From positions 1-33,119 of the forward strand of contig CAYGDZ010000001.1 of NCBI GenBank assembly GCA_964348805.1: a stretch of DNA of 33,119 nucleotides, read 5' to 3'. The notes below the pieces were generated by a model. It was not told the origin of the DNA. It made no database searches and saw only the letters and a list, made by a program, of their open reading frames with translations. Below, piece by piece: positions 18,499 through 26,687 of this stretch. Origin of the DNA: an uncultured Candidatus Saccharibacteria bacterium (GTDB lineage: Bacteria > Patescibacteriota > Saccharimonadia > Saccharimonadales > Saccharimonadaceae). How positions within the stretch are numbered: the first letter of the stretch is position 1; every line of letters begins with the position of its first letter. The translations under genes and the position numbers were made by a program.

Positions 18499-19887
18499 AT
18501 GACACATCATAAAGGCTCGGTGAACGTGGGGGCGCTGAATCAGTGGCGAGGGTTTGCGTACGTCGCTATATTTTTGATTGGTTTGATACTAGCTGTTTTA
18601 TATGTTGCTAGTCTACCAAAAAACCCCAACTCTGACCCTGTGTCTAAAAATGTTTATTCGTCTGTAAAATCATTCGCAGCATCATATACAGTCAGCCGAA
18701 CATACACCTCGAAAAACAATATTGTTATTAATAATTTATGGCGACAAACGGAAGCTATATCAGGTGGTAACCAGTATGCTTGCGCGGTATCCAATGGCCA
18801 AGTCTTTTGCTGGGGGGACGGTGCTTATGGAAAGCTGGGCAACGGCAGTCTATCTCAACAGCTCAATCCGGTTGCCGTAACTCAAGCAGCCGGCATTTTA
18901 GCCGATAAAAAAGTATCCAACATTAGTACAGGCACTTCGCACACCTGTGCTGTTGCTAATGGCTTAGCCTTTTGCTGGGGCTACAATGGTAACGGCAGGT
19001 TAGGCAATGGTCTGGTAAGCGATAGTTCAAACCCAGTCACCGTAACTCAAGCAGCCGGCGTTTTAGCCGGCAAGACTGTTACTAATATTAGTGCTGGCGG
19101 CGATCATACCTGCGCCATAGCCAACGCACAAGCCTTTTGCTGGGGTTCTGGGTCGTCAGGTAGATTAGGCAATAGCAGTACTTCTCAGCAAGTCAACCCA
19201 GTGCCCGTAACTCAGTCAGCTGGTGTTTTAGCCGGAAAGTCAGTTACTGATATTAGCGCAGGCAGTGAACACACATGTGCTATAGCGAACGGGCAGGTGT
19301 ACTGCTGGGGGCTTAATAATTATGGTCAGCTAGGCACTGGTAATACCAACAACAGCCTAATACCAGTCCTTGTAACTCAAGCCGCTGGTGTTTTAGCCGG
19401 TAAGTCAGTTACCAGCATTAGTACGGGTATGAACTCTACCTGCGCTGTTGCTAACGGTCAAGCTTTTTGCTGGGGCTGGAATTATATTGGTCAGCTCGGT
19501 ACTGGTAATACTAACAACAGTCTAGTGCCAGTTCCCGTAACTCAAGCCGCCGGCGTTTTAGCCGGCAAAACTGTTACTAGTATTAGTACGAGGGCTATCC
19601 ATGTTTGCGCAGTTGCTAACGGTCAAGCTTTTTGCTGGGGTGAGGGTTCGGCCGGTAGGCTAGGTCACGGTGTCGCAAATAGCAGTTCAGCCCCCGTCGC
19701 TGTCAATGTTTCTGGTGTTTTTGCCGGCAAAACAGTTTCTAGTATTACGGCATCTACTCATAATTCGTGCGCTATAGCTAACGGTAGAGCCTACTGTTGG
19801 GGATGGAACAATTATGGACAGCTGGGCGAAGGTACCACAGTATTACAAAAGCTAGCGCCACATAGGGTTAATGATTCATATTATTAG
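18499..19887 (+). CDS. membrane-anchored RCC1-repeat (7-bladed beta-propeller-type) protein
   Basis: 462 aa. The N-terminal RGFAYVAIFLIGLILAVLYV hydrophobic segment is followed by about 7 repeats of the pattern HTCA(I/V)ANGQAFCWGxNxxGQLGxGxxxxxxxPVxV, characteristic of RCC1/ATS1 repeats. Confidence 0.85.
   Translation: MTHHKGSVNVGALNQWRGFAYVAIFLIGLILAVLYVASLPKNPNSDPVSKNVYSSVKSFAASYTVSRTYTSKNNIVINNLWRQTEAISGGNQYACAVSNGQVFCWGDGAYGKLGNGSLSQQLNPVAVTQAAGILADKKVSNISTGTSHTCAVANGLAFCWGYNGNGRLGNGLVSDSSNPVTVTQAAGVLAGKTVTNISAGGDHTCAIANAQAFCWGSGSSGRLGNSSTSQQVNPVPVTQSAGVLAGKSVTDISAGSEHTCAIANGQVYCWGLNNYGQLGTGNTNNSLIPVLVTQAAGVLAGKSVTSISTGMNSTCAVANGQAFCWGWNYIGQLGTGNTNNSLVPVPVTQAAGVLAGKTVTSISTRAIHVCAVANGQAFCWGEGSAGRLGHGVANSSSAPVAVNVSGVFAGKTVSSITASTHNSCAIANGRAYCWGWNNYGQLGEGTTVLQKLAPHRVNDSYY
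18877..19701 (+). repeat. tandem 165-nt (55-codon) DNA repeats encoding RCC1 blades, at least 5 well-conserved copies
   Basis: The string GTAACTCA(A/G)(G/T)C(A/C)GC(C/T)GG(C/T)(G/A)TTTTAGCCG recurs at 18877, 19042, 19207, 19372 and 19537, exactly 165 nt apart. More degenerate copies flank these. Confidence 0.85.
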
Positions 19888-19894
19888 GAAAAAA

Positions 19895-21556
19895 ATGAGT
19901 ATACACAATATTAAGAACGAGCATAAAATTAACCAACAAGGTTTTGTTTTGCCCGCAGTTCTAGTCTTGTCTATAGTACTACTAACACTAGGTTTGTCAG
20001 TCTTTCAGCTAACATCTACAATCGCACGCTCGCTGACAGATCAATATTGGCAAAAGGTTTCCAAGCAAGCTGCACAGGCAGGTGCATCATATATGTCAGC
20101 TTGTGTAGATCAAGGTCTGAGCGGTAGCACTTGGCCTATAAGTATTACGCAGAACGATACCTGCTTGGGCACTCCCTTGCCTACCCCCCAGCCTGAGATA
20201 TTTACAAATACAACTGATCCAAATCCTATACCAAACCCATATAGATCTAGTTTTACCATCTATAAGCCTACGGCGGGCGCCGACGGTATACAAAAAGCCA
20301 GGGTAGTGGGCACAGTCTCTATACTCAACACTACAGGAACCACGACTATTAGATCATATACAACCGAGATGACATCTATTATTAATGGCCCTATGCAGTC
20401 TACTAACCAGATCACAAGAGGTAGATACAATACATGCGCGGCAGCTGACGGCAAGGCACATTGCTGGGGGCTAAATGATTATGGCCAGCTAGGCACTGGT
20501 AATAACAATAACAGCAGTGTACCGATTGCCGTGGATACTAGCGGTGTATTAAGTGGCAAAGCAGTTACACAAATGTCAGGGAACTACTGGCATAACTGCG
20601 CTCTGGCCGATGGTCAAGCTTACTGTTGGGGCTTGAATACTAGCGGTCAGCTCGGCAATAATAGTACAACTAATAGCTCATCCCCTGTCCAAGTCAGCCT
20701 AACTGCTGGTTCAGGCTATTTGAATGGCAAGTCGGTGACTCAAGTTTCTGTTGGCCGTACCCATACCTGTGCCTTGGCTTCGGGCAGGGTTTATTGTTGG
20801 GGCTCAAATACTCACGGGCAGCTCGGTAACGGTAATAATACCAACAGCTCGTATCCAGTCGAAGTCAGTTTAACTGGTGGTTCAGGTTTCTTGAATAACA
20901 AACATGTAACACAGGTGGAAGTAGGTGCAGAACACAGCTGCGCCCTAGCCGAGGGTAGAGTTTACTGTTGGGGTTATAATGCAGACGGGCAGCTCGGTAA
21001 TAATAGCCTAGTATATACAAATGTACCTGTTGCAGTTGTTGCAACGGGCGGAGGGGCTGTACTCAACGGCAGGTTTGTCACCGAGATAGCAGGAGGCTAC
21101 TACCATACCTGTGCCCTCGCTGACGGACAGGCCTTTTGTTGGGGATTTAACGGTAGTGGACAGCTAGGTAACAACAATACTAATACTAGCTCAGTCCCCG
21201 TCGCAGTCAATATTGCGAGCGGTGCGTTGGTTGGTAAAAAAGTAGTGAGCTTGGCCCCAGGTCGCAACCACAGCTGTGTATTAGCAGATCAAGCTATTTG
21301 CTGGGGGTTGAATGACAATGGACAACTAGGTAACGGTAATAATACAAATAGTTTATTGCCCGTCAATGTCAGTACCAGCGGTGTTTTGAGTGGTAAAACT
21401 GTAACACAAGTTACAGGAGGCTACTATCACACTTGTGCTATTGCGGTTGGACAATCCTATTGCTGGGGCAACAATGCAGATGGGCAGCTCGGCAATAACA
21501 CTACAACCAGCTCCAATGTGCCTGTAAAAGCATTCGATTTCGCTTCAACAAATTAG
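19895..21556 (+). CDS. RCC1-repeat protein with PilX/prepilin-like N-terminal segment
   Basis: The track ORF begins at 19871 and overlaps the upstream gene. I prefer ATG 19895, after AGGA plus an A-run. The N-terminus QQGFVLPAVLVLSIVLLTLGLSVFQL...KQAAQAGASY resembles PilX-type minor-pilin N-termini. A ~150-aa Thr/Pro-rich region follows, then about 7 RCC1 blades (YCWGxNxxGQLGNxxxxxxxxPV). Confidence 0.85.
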   Translation: MSIHNIKNEHKINQQGFVLPAVLVLSIVLLTLGLSVFQLTSTIARSLTDQYWQKVSKQAAQAGASYMSACVDQGLSGSTWPISITQNDTCLGTPLPTPQPEIFTNTTDPNPIPNPYRSSFTIYKPTAGADGIQKARVVGTVSILNTTGTTTIRSYTTEMTSIINGPMQSTNQITRGRYNTCAAADGKAHCWGLNDYGQLGTGNNNNSSVPIAVDTSGVLSGKAVTQMSGNYWHNCALADGQAYCWGLNTSGQLGNNSTTNSSSPVQVSLTAGSGYLNGKSVTQVSVGRTHTCALASGRVYCWGSNTHGQLGNGNNTNSSYPVEVSLTGGSGFLNNKHVTQVEVGAEHSCALAEGRVYCWGYNADGQLGNNSLVYTNVPVAVVATGGGAVLNGRFVTEIAGGYYHTCALADGQAFCWGFNGSGQLGNNNTNTSSVPVAVNIASGALVGKKVVSLAPGRNHSCVLADQAICWGLNDNGQLGNGNNTNSLLPVNVSTSGVLSGKTVTQVTGGYYHTCAIAVGQSYCWGNNADGQLGNNTTTSSNVPVKAFDFASTN

Positions 21557-22050
21557 ACCTGCAGTCCGTACAGTGCGATACCAGTCGCCACACTGACATT
21601 AAACGATTCTTTTTGGCCTTTCATCGGTATTTCTATCAAATTATCACATAGCTTTCGGATATCGGGCGAGATTCCTTCTACTTCTTCACCCAAAATTAAT
21701 AGTATTTTATTTGGCGGTTGAAAGTTTTGTAATTCGATTGAGTTTGCGTCTTGCTCTAGGCCCACTATGGTATATCCATGCGTCCGGAATGCTTCGATAG
21801 TAGTCTGGACATGATTTATATGAGTGAAGGGTACAGTAGTTTCAGCTCCTAACGAGACCTTGGCGATTTCCGCAGTCGCCTTTTGGGCAATGTGCGGTAG
21901 TCTGGCGTCGTCTTTGGTCGTTGGGTAGGGCGAATATCCGCTCAGGTACAGATGCTCGACACCGAATCCATCGCAGGTGCGAAAAATCGATCCAATATTA
22001 TGCGTAGATCGAATATTATGAGCCACAACTGATATTTGTACGCCTGTCAT
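21553..22050 (-). CDS. TrmH/SpoU-family RNA 2'-O-methyltransferase
   Basis: It has SpoU motifs NIGSIFRTCDGFG, LILGEEVEGIS and IPMKGQKESFNVSVATGIALY. I use ATG 22050 (MTGVQISVVAHN...) rather than track start 22116. This is because TGGTATATT lies 6 nt upstream, and the extra 22 residues are not part of the fold. Confidence 0.85.
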   Translation of the reverse strand: MTGVQISVVAHNIRSTHNIGSIFRTCDGFGVEHLYLSGYSPYPTTKDDARLPHIAQKATAEIAKVSLGAETTVPFTHINHVQTTIEAFRTHGYTIVGLEQDANSIELQNFQPPNKILLILGEEVEGISPDIRKLCDNLIEIPMKGQKESFNVSVATGIALYGLQV

Positions 22051-22056
22051 AGAGCT

Positions 22057-22065
22057 AATATACCA
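22057..22065 (-). promoter_or_regulatory. extended -10 element TGGTATATT, 6 nt from ATG 22050
   Basis: The minus strand reads TGGTATATT AGCTCT ATG, with no SD in between. Confidence 0.5.
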
Positions 22066-22077
22066 CAGTTGATGTAG

Positions 22078-22085
22078 TGTATAAT
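22078..22085 (+). promoter_or_regulatory. -10 hexamer TATAAT (with adjacent TG) upstream of pilB-like gene
   Basis: TGTATAAT at 22078-22085. An AAGGA SD at 22092-22096 precedes ATG 22100. It is divergent from the trmH-like promoter. Confidence 0.4.
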
Positions 22086-22099
22086 AAACCGTAAGGATT

Positions 22100-23731
22100 A
22101 TGGATACAGATAACAAACAAGCTATTCGCTTTCGCGATACAGACGAAGCTGCAACTCAAAAACGGGCAGCTTTGATAGGTCTCGAGTACCTGGATACTCG
22201 CGGTATATCTGATCAGTCACCGTTGCTAGAGGGTTTATTAACTGTTGAACAAATGTACCAAGGCAAGATGGTGGTGCTAAAAAAAGGCAACGACGCCGAT
22301 CCTTATGTCTACGGCATAACCAGTGACACCCCTCAATCGTTAGTCCAAAGGCTAAAGGCTCAGTGGCAGGAAAAAGGTGTAAATACTAAATTCTTGCTAA
22401 TATCCAAGGCCGGCTATCGTGAATTTATGAAGCGGTATGATCCACCCAAGGAAGTTGTATATGATGATGTCGAGATAGCAAAAGAAGGCGACAGCGATAC
22501 TATAGAGTCTGTATCCAAAACATTAGACAGCGTACGGACCGATGACATATTGGATTATTTGATCGATCAGGCTGATTTTTTAGGCGCCAGTGACATCCAT
22601 ATCGAGAATCAGCGCGAGAGCGTACGCATTCGCTTCCGTGTCGACGGCGCGCTGCATTCGGTTGCAAATCTGTCGCACGAGAAATACCGTATTCTCAAAG
22701 CTTCACTAGCATCACGCAGTAACATATCGACTGCCAGCAACGACGCTCAGAGCGGCAGCATGCAAAAACAAGTTAGCGCCAAAGCCGACACGGCGGAACA
22801 CTTTTTGAACATGCGTATCGAAACAGTACCGACAATATATGGGCAAGATGTCGTCATACGTTTGTTTAACTTTGACGAAACATTACTAGATCTAGCGAAA
22901 ATAGGTGTTAACGAACGTGAACTATCCCAAATTAACGAAATTGTATCTCATCCACGTGGTATGGTTTTGATGGTTGGTCCGACTGGATCTGGTAAATCAA
23001 CAACCCTGTATAGTATGATAAATGCCCTTAATACGCCTGATCGCAAAATACTGACACTAGAGGACCCTGTAGAATTCCGAATACCGGGTGTCAGCCAAAT
23101 TCCAGTCAACACTGGCGGCGGACAAACTTTTGCCGAAAAGTTGCGCGCAGTACTGCGACTCGACCCAGATATAGTGATGGTTGGTGAGATCCGCGACAAC
23201 GACACCGCTCGCACTACCATACAGGCAGCTATCACAGGCCATCTAGTACTATCAACCTTTCATGCCGAAACAGCCAGCGCTGCATTTTCACGTATGATCG
23301 ACATGATTGGTATCAATCCTATATTTTCAACAGCGATTCGTTTGGTGATCGGGCAACGGCTGGTGCGAAAGCTAGACGACAACAAAGAAAGCTACACAGC
23401 CGACGAAGCTACTAGCAAGTGGATCCGTGAAGTCTTGAGTGATTTACCCGACACAACAGAAAAGCCGAATCTTGACGGAGACATAACTCTATACAAGCCT
23501 AAAATTTCTGATGATTCACCATTTGGATATAAAGGACGTGTAGTATTGATGGAGCAGCTGGTTGTCGACGAAGAAATCCAAAAGTTCCTGCGCGGCGAAC
23601 TAGCTGATGCACATGCCGAGACAATTGAAAAAGTCGCCAAACAACAGGGAATGGTGACCATGATTCAATCTGGTGTTCTGCGAGCTCTAGCTGGTGATAC
23701 CACGCTAGAGGAAATTCACCGCGTACTGTAA
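22100..23731 (+). CDS. pilB: type IV pilus assembly / type II secretion ATPase (GspE/PilB family)
   Basis: 543 aa with an N-terminal T2SSE_N-like region, Walker A GPTGSGKSTT, the Asp box/Walker B region DPDIVMVGEIRD, and the His box TGHLVLSTFH. Confidence 0.9.
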   Translation: MDTDNKQAIRFRDTDEAATQKRAALIGLEYLDTRGISDQSPLLEGLLTVEQMYQGKMVVLKKGNDADPYVYGITSDTPQSLVQRLKAQWQEKGVNTKFLLISKAGYREFMKRYDPPKEVVYDDVEIAKEGDSDTIESVSKTLDSVRTDDILDYLIDQADFLGASDIHIENQRESVRIRFRVDGALHSVANLSHEKYRILKASLASRSNISTASNDAQSGSMQKQVSAKADTAEHFLNMRIETVPTIYGQDVVIRLFNFDETLLDLAKIGVNERELSQINEIVSHPRGMVLMVGPTGSGKSTTLYSMINALNTPDRKILTLEDPVEFRIPGVSQIPVNTGGGQTFAEKLRAVLRLDPDIVMVGEIRDNDTARTTIQAAITGHLVLSTFHAETASAAFSRMIDMIGINPIFSTAIRLVIGQRLVRKLDDNKESYTADEATSKWIREVLSDLPDTTEKPNLDGDITLYKPKISDDSPFGYKGRVVLMEQLVVDEEIQKFLRGELADAHAETIEKVAKQQGMVTMIQSGVLRALAGDTTLEEIHRVL

Positions 23732-23752
23732 GTCGCGGCCTATCCAAATAAA

Positions 23753-23761
23753 TGGTATTAT
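23753..23761 (+). promoter_or_regulatory. extended -10-like element TGGTATTAT, 7 nt from ATG 23769
   Basis: TGGTATTAT TAGTGTA ATG, with no SD. Confidence 0.45.
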
Positions 23762-23768
23762 TAGTGTA

Positions 23769-24497
23769 ATGACTGTAAGTGAACAAAATTTGGAAGTATA
23801 TGATAAAACGCCTGAAAAAACTGATATTACCACTGTTGCTCATGATATAACCTGGCTATTTGACTCGTCACGTCCGGCACTTGCAGGTCTTGGGCTAGAT
23901 GACGATATTGCTTCAACGGTGCGTGGGGCTGCAAGCAAATTTTTTGACGAAACCAGGTTTGCAAAAAACAAGCTACCTGAACTCCTAGATGATAGGGAAA
24001 AGCTTCTCCAAGTAATCCCACCCAATAATGATGATATTAAAGAACGTCTTGGTAATGCAGTGCGATTCCTTGATACATGTGAAGAACTATTTACCCATGT
24101 TGAGCCTTGGCAGGACAAGCGTGCTGTTGTTATTGGTTTAATTCGTATCATAGAAAAATGTGATGTATCTATTGAAGATATTCTAGTCGCCACTAGGGAT
24201 GAACTGGCACTTCTATATTTGAAGCTAGGAGAAATCTACAGCTTCATAGAGGAGTTACGGATAGCAGCTGATCCAGCTTATGCCAGTAAACTGGATGATG
24301 ATGCTAAAGAAGATATTTTTCGAGATTCACCATTGGTTCACATATCCGAACCTCGCATTAGTATGCATATCAAAGCTGATGCAGACAACTTTTATGGTGG
24401 GCAAAAACAGTTTGATTTTATAGCCGAACATGTAGCAGGTTGTGAGCCATGCAGGCGTGAGTATGAGTTTCATAAAAGCAGGCAACCTGTTAAATAG
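23769..24497 (+). CDS. acidic hypothetical protein with C-terminal HxxxCxxC motif
   Basis: 242 aa. I recognise no family. The C-terminus carries HVAGCEPC (24429-24452). Coding is plausible from the length and the tight packing, with the stop 3 nt from the convergent malic enzyme stop. Confidence 0.6.
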   Translation: MTVSEQNLEVYDKTPEKTDITTVAHDITWLFDSSRPALAGLGLDDDIASTVRGAASKFFDETRFAKNKLPELLDDREKLLQVIPPNNDDIKERLGNAVRFLDTCEELFTHVEPWQDKRAVVIGLIRIIEKCDVSIEDILVATRDELALLYLKLGEIYSFIEELRIAADPAYASKLDDDAKEDIFRDSPLVHISEPRISMHIKADADNFYGGQKQFDFIAEHVAGCEPCRREYEFHKSRQPVK

Positions 24498-24500
24498 TAG

Positions 24501-25637
24501 CTATTCTATAACTCTTGCGATAGAAGGCACTAATCGTTCATCCATGACGGACGGTATTATTTCATCCGCAGTTGGGTTTTCTACTAGATCCGCAATCACC
24601 TTTGCCGCAGCAATCTTGTGTTCATCTGTTATTTGCTGCACGTTGTTATCCAGCGCGCCGCGGAAAATACCGGGAAAAGCCAGGGCGTTGTTAACCTGAT
24701 TCGGCATGTCACTACGTCCAGTAGCTACAACTGCGGCGCCGGCAGCTTTGGCCTCGTCAGGCATAATCTCGGGCGTTGGGTTGGCGAGTGCGAAAATGAT
24801 TGGATTTTTATCCATAGTTTTGACCATTTCAGCAGTTAACAGACCTGCACGCGAGACTCCGATGAATATATCAGCACCTTGCAATATATCTTGCAGAGAT
24901 CCATCGATACCCGAAAGGTTACTGTATTTTAGGATTTCTTTTTTGTGATCATTTAGATCAGTTCGATTTGCGCTGATAATCCCTTTGCTGTCGACTGCGA
25001 ATATACGAGGTTGAGCGTATTTGTTTAGTAGTTTGATGATTGCCGTTCCAGCAGCACCCACTCCAGACACAACAATCTTTGCGTTTGTTAGTTCGCGACC
25101 TGTGACTTTCATCGCATTGATTAGTCCCGCCAGTACAACTATTGCTGTTCCGTGCTGGTCGTCATGAAAAACTGGTATGTCTAGCTCGGCTTTCAAGCGC
25201 TCCTCTACCTCGAAACACTGCGGCGCAGCGATATCTTCTAGATTAATTGCGCCAAAGCTCGGTGCAATAGCTTTGATAGTCGTCACGATTTCGTCCACGC
25301 TATGAACATCTAGTGTGATAGGTACAGAGTCAATATCTGCAAAATGTTTGAACAGCAGCGACTTACCCTCCATCACAGGCATGCTGGCTTTTGGTCCGAT
25401 GTTGCCCAGTCCTAGTACCGATGAGCCGTCAGATATTACTGCCACTAAATTGTTTGTCCAGGTGTACTCTTTTAATTTTTCAGGATTTTCGACAATAGCT
25501 TTACTGACCGCAGCTACACCTGGGGTGTAGTAAGCACTCAGCTTGTCACGCGTTAATTCTTCGCCGTCACGTAGTTTTGTGGTTATTTTGCCTTTGTATT
25601 TTTTGTGTAGTTCTAGTGCTAGTTCATCAAAATTCAT
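24501..25637 (-). CDS. NAD(P)-dependent malic enzyme (short form)
   Basis: 378 aa with YTPGVA, NLEDIAAPQCFEVE, the VVSGVGAAGTA dinucleotide-binding motif and FALANPTPEI. Confidence 0.92.
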   Translation of the reverse strand: MNFDELALELHKKYKGKITTKLRDGEELTRDKLSAYYTPGVAAVSKAIVENPEKLKEYTWTNNLVAVISDGSSVLGLGNIGPKASMPVMEGKSLLFKHFADIDSVPITLDVHSVDEIVTTIKAIAPSFGAINLEDIAAPQCFEVEERLKAELDIPVFHDDQHGTAIVVLAGLINAMKVTGRELTNAKIVVSGVGAAGTAIIKLLNKYAQPRIFAVDSKGIISANRTDLNDHKKEILKYSNLSGIDGSLQDILQGADIFIGVSRAGLLTAEMVKTMDKNPIIFALANPTPEIMPDEAKAAGAAVVATGRSDMPNQVNNALAFPGIFRGALDNNVQQITDEHKIAAAKVIADLVENPTADEIIPSVMDERLVPSIARVIE

Positions 25638-25644
25638 ATTCTCA

Positions 25645-25653
25645 ATTATATCA
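25645..25653 (-). promoter_or_regulatory. extended -10 element TGATATAAT, 7 nt from ATG 25637
   Basis: The minus strand reads TGATATAAT TGAGAAT ATG. A GAGG lies upstream of the -10 element, so it cannot act as the SD for a transcript starting here. Confidence 0.5.
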
Positions 25654-25678
25654 CCTCTTGTATATCAGGGGTACTTTG

Positions 25679-25687
25679 TGGTACAAT
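25679..25687 (+). promoter_or_regulatory. extended -10 element TGGTACAAT upstream of rplS
   Basis: A TGnTACAAT element 43 nt upstream of ATG 25731, with AAGAGAG as a weak SD. Confidence 0.5.
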
Positions 25688-25730
25688 TTATTACTAACTG
25701 AGAAATAAAGTTTAAGAGAGATAAATTATT

Positions 25731-26258
25731 ATGAGTTTTGCATTAATCGACAAGGTAAATAAAGCGCAGATGAAGCCATCTGTTGTCGATGCTCGTAGTG
25801 GCGATACAGTAAAAGTCCACCAAAAGATTAAAGAAGGCAACAAAGAGCGTATTCAGGTCTTTGAAGGCGTTGTTATTCGCACTGACCGCAAAAACAGCCA
25901 TACTAGCCGCATAACTGTACGCAAAATTGCCAGTGGTGTAGGTGTAGAAAAGAGCTTTTTACTGCACAGCCCACTAGTTGAAAAGGTTGAAATTGTCCGG
26001 CGTTCAAAGGTCCGCCGTAACTACCTCAGCTACCTACGCGAACGTAGCGGTAAGAGTGCTCGTCTAAAAGGAACTAGCTTTGATCGTGAAACTGTCAACG
26101 ATGTACATGATCCAAAAGCAGAAGCCGAAGCCCAACGTCTAAAGGAAGAAGCCGCTAAAGCCGCAGCCGCAAAGGCTGAAGCGAAAGCAGCGGAAGAAGC
26201 TGAACTAGCAGCAAAGCAAGCTGAAGTCGAAGCTCGTCACTCTGAAACAGAAGCCTAA
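25731..26258 (+). CDS. rplS: 50S ribosomal protein L19 with ~60-aa Ala/Glu/Lys-rich C-terminal extension
   Basis: The L19 core has GDTVKVHQKIKEGNKERIQVFEGVVI and SPLVEKVEIVRRSKVRR. The tail DPKAEAEAQRLKEEAAKAAAAKAEAKAAEEAELAAKQAEVEARHSETEA follows from about 26073. Confidence 0.93.
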   Translation: MSFALIDKVNKAQMKPSVVDARSGDTVKVHQKIKEGNKERIQVFEGVVIRTDRKNSHTSRITVRKIASGVGVEKSFLLHSPLVEKVEIVRRSKVRRNYLSYLRERSGKSARLKGTSFDRETVNDVHDPKAEAEAQRLKEEAAKAAAAKAEAKAAEEAELAAKQAEVEARHSETEA

Positions 26259-26280
26259 TCAGTAGCTGTATAAAATAGTA

Positions 26281-26305
26281 TAACCACCCTTTTCTAGGGT
26301 GGTTA
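26281..26305 (+). terminator. rplS terminator hairpin
   Basis: TAACCACCCT (26281-26290) pairs with AGGGTGGTTA (26296-26305) across a 5-nt loop, followed by TT. Confidence 0.6.
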
Positions 26306-26313
26306 TTAGCTTA

Positions 26314-26371
26314 CAAAAAAAGAAGACCCTCTGGGTGACACCAAGTAAATGGCGTCACCCAGGTTGGGTCT
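26314..26371 (-). terminator. intrinsic terminator of mini-unit A (minus strand)
   Basis: A long imperfect hairpin spans 26324-26371 (AGACCC..TGGGTGAC..CC / GG..GTCACCCA..GGGTCT). On the minus strand it is followed by TCTTTTTTTGT (A-run 26315-26321 on plus). Confidence 0.7.
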
Positions 26372-26437
26372 GTTCCGTGCATCCTACTGGCCCTATGTCT
26401 TAGGATTCACGGAATGCGGCGTGTGCCGGCGGGTAGC

Positions 26438-26581
26438 TCAGCTCGAGTTGCACTCGCGGTGCAGACCTCCGATCAGGTTGTCGTTGGCGATGCCGTGCTC
26501 GCGGCCGGCGGTGTCGTCGTCGTGCTCCAATGCGATCTGGGTCAGGCTGCCGCTAAAAGCGGCGGGAGATCGTGCGTGCAT
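26438..26581 (-). CDS. 47-aa mini-ORF A (MHARSPAAFSGSLTQIALEHDDDTAGREHGIANDNLIGGLHRECNSS), GC-rich, unknown function
   Basis: It is below the track's length cutoff and I read it by hand. The SD GAGGTGA (26590-26584) lies just upstream, with 2 nt (AT) between GAGGTGA and the ATG (5 nt counted from the GAGG core). There is a promoter upstream and a terminator downstream on the same strand. By hand count it is about 65% GC, with 38 of 46 codons ending in G/C. Confidence 0.45.
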   Translation of the reverse strand: MHARSPAAFSGSLTQIALEHDDDTAGREHGIANDNLIGGLHRECNSS

Positions 26582-26632
26582 ATTCACCTCACGGTCGTAG
26601 TTTCAACCAGACGGTTATCTGGTATGAAAGTA

Positions 26633-26661
26633 ATACTATCACATACTAAAAAACTTGTCAA
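26633..26661 (-). promoter_or_regulatory. sigma70-type promoter TTGACA-17 nt-TAGTAT (with TG extension) for mini-unit A
   Basis: On the minus strand, TTGACA is at 26661-26656, followed by a 17-nt spacer and TGATAGTAT at 26641-26633. A second TTGACA lies at 26673-26668. The leader contains the hairpin ACCAGA/TCTGGT (26606-26623). Confidence 0.6.
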
Positions 26662-26687
26662 CAATTTTGTCAAATACGTTGGATATT

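Noticed and set aside
22051-22116. Longer start (22116) for the TrmH-family gene, overlapping pilB
   Set aside because: The extension (MLSVSIILTVYYTLHQLWYISS) is not part of SpoU-fold proteins. It would overlap the divergent pilB start and its promoter. An extended -10 element sits 6 nt upstream of ATG 22050.
26438-26581. Mini-ORF A as a double-glycine-leader bacteriocin/RiPP precursor (…NLIGG|LHRECNSS)
   Set aside because: Only the GG resembles the leader consensus. The upstream LSxxELxxI pattern is absent, the putative core would be 8 aa, and no C39-peptidase ABC transporter or modification enzyme lies in the window.
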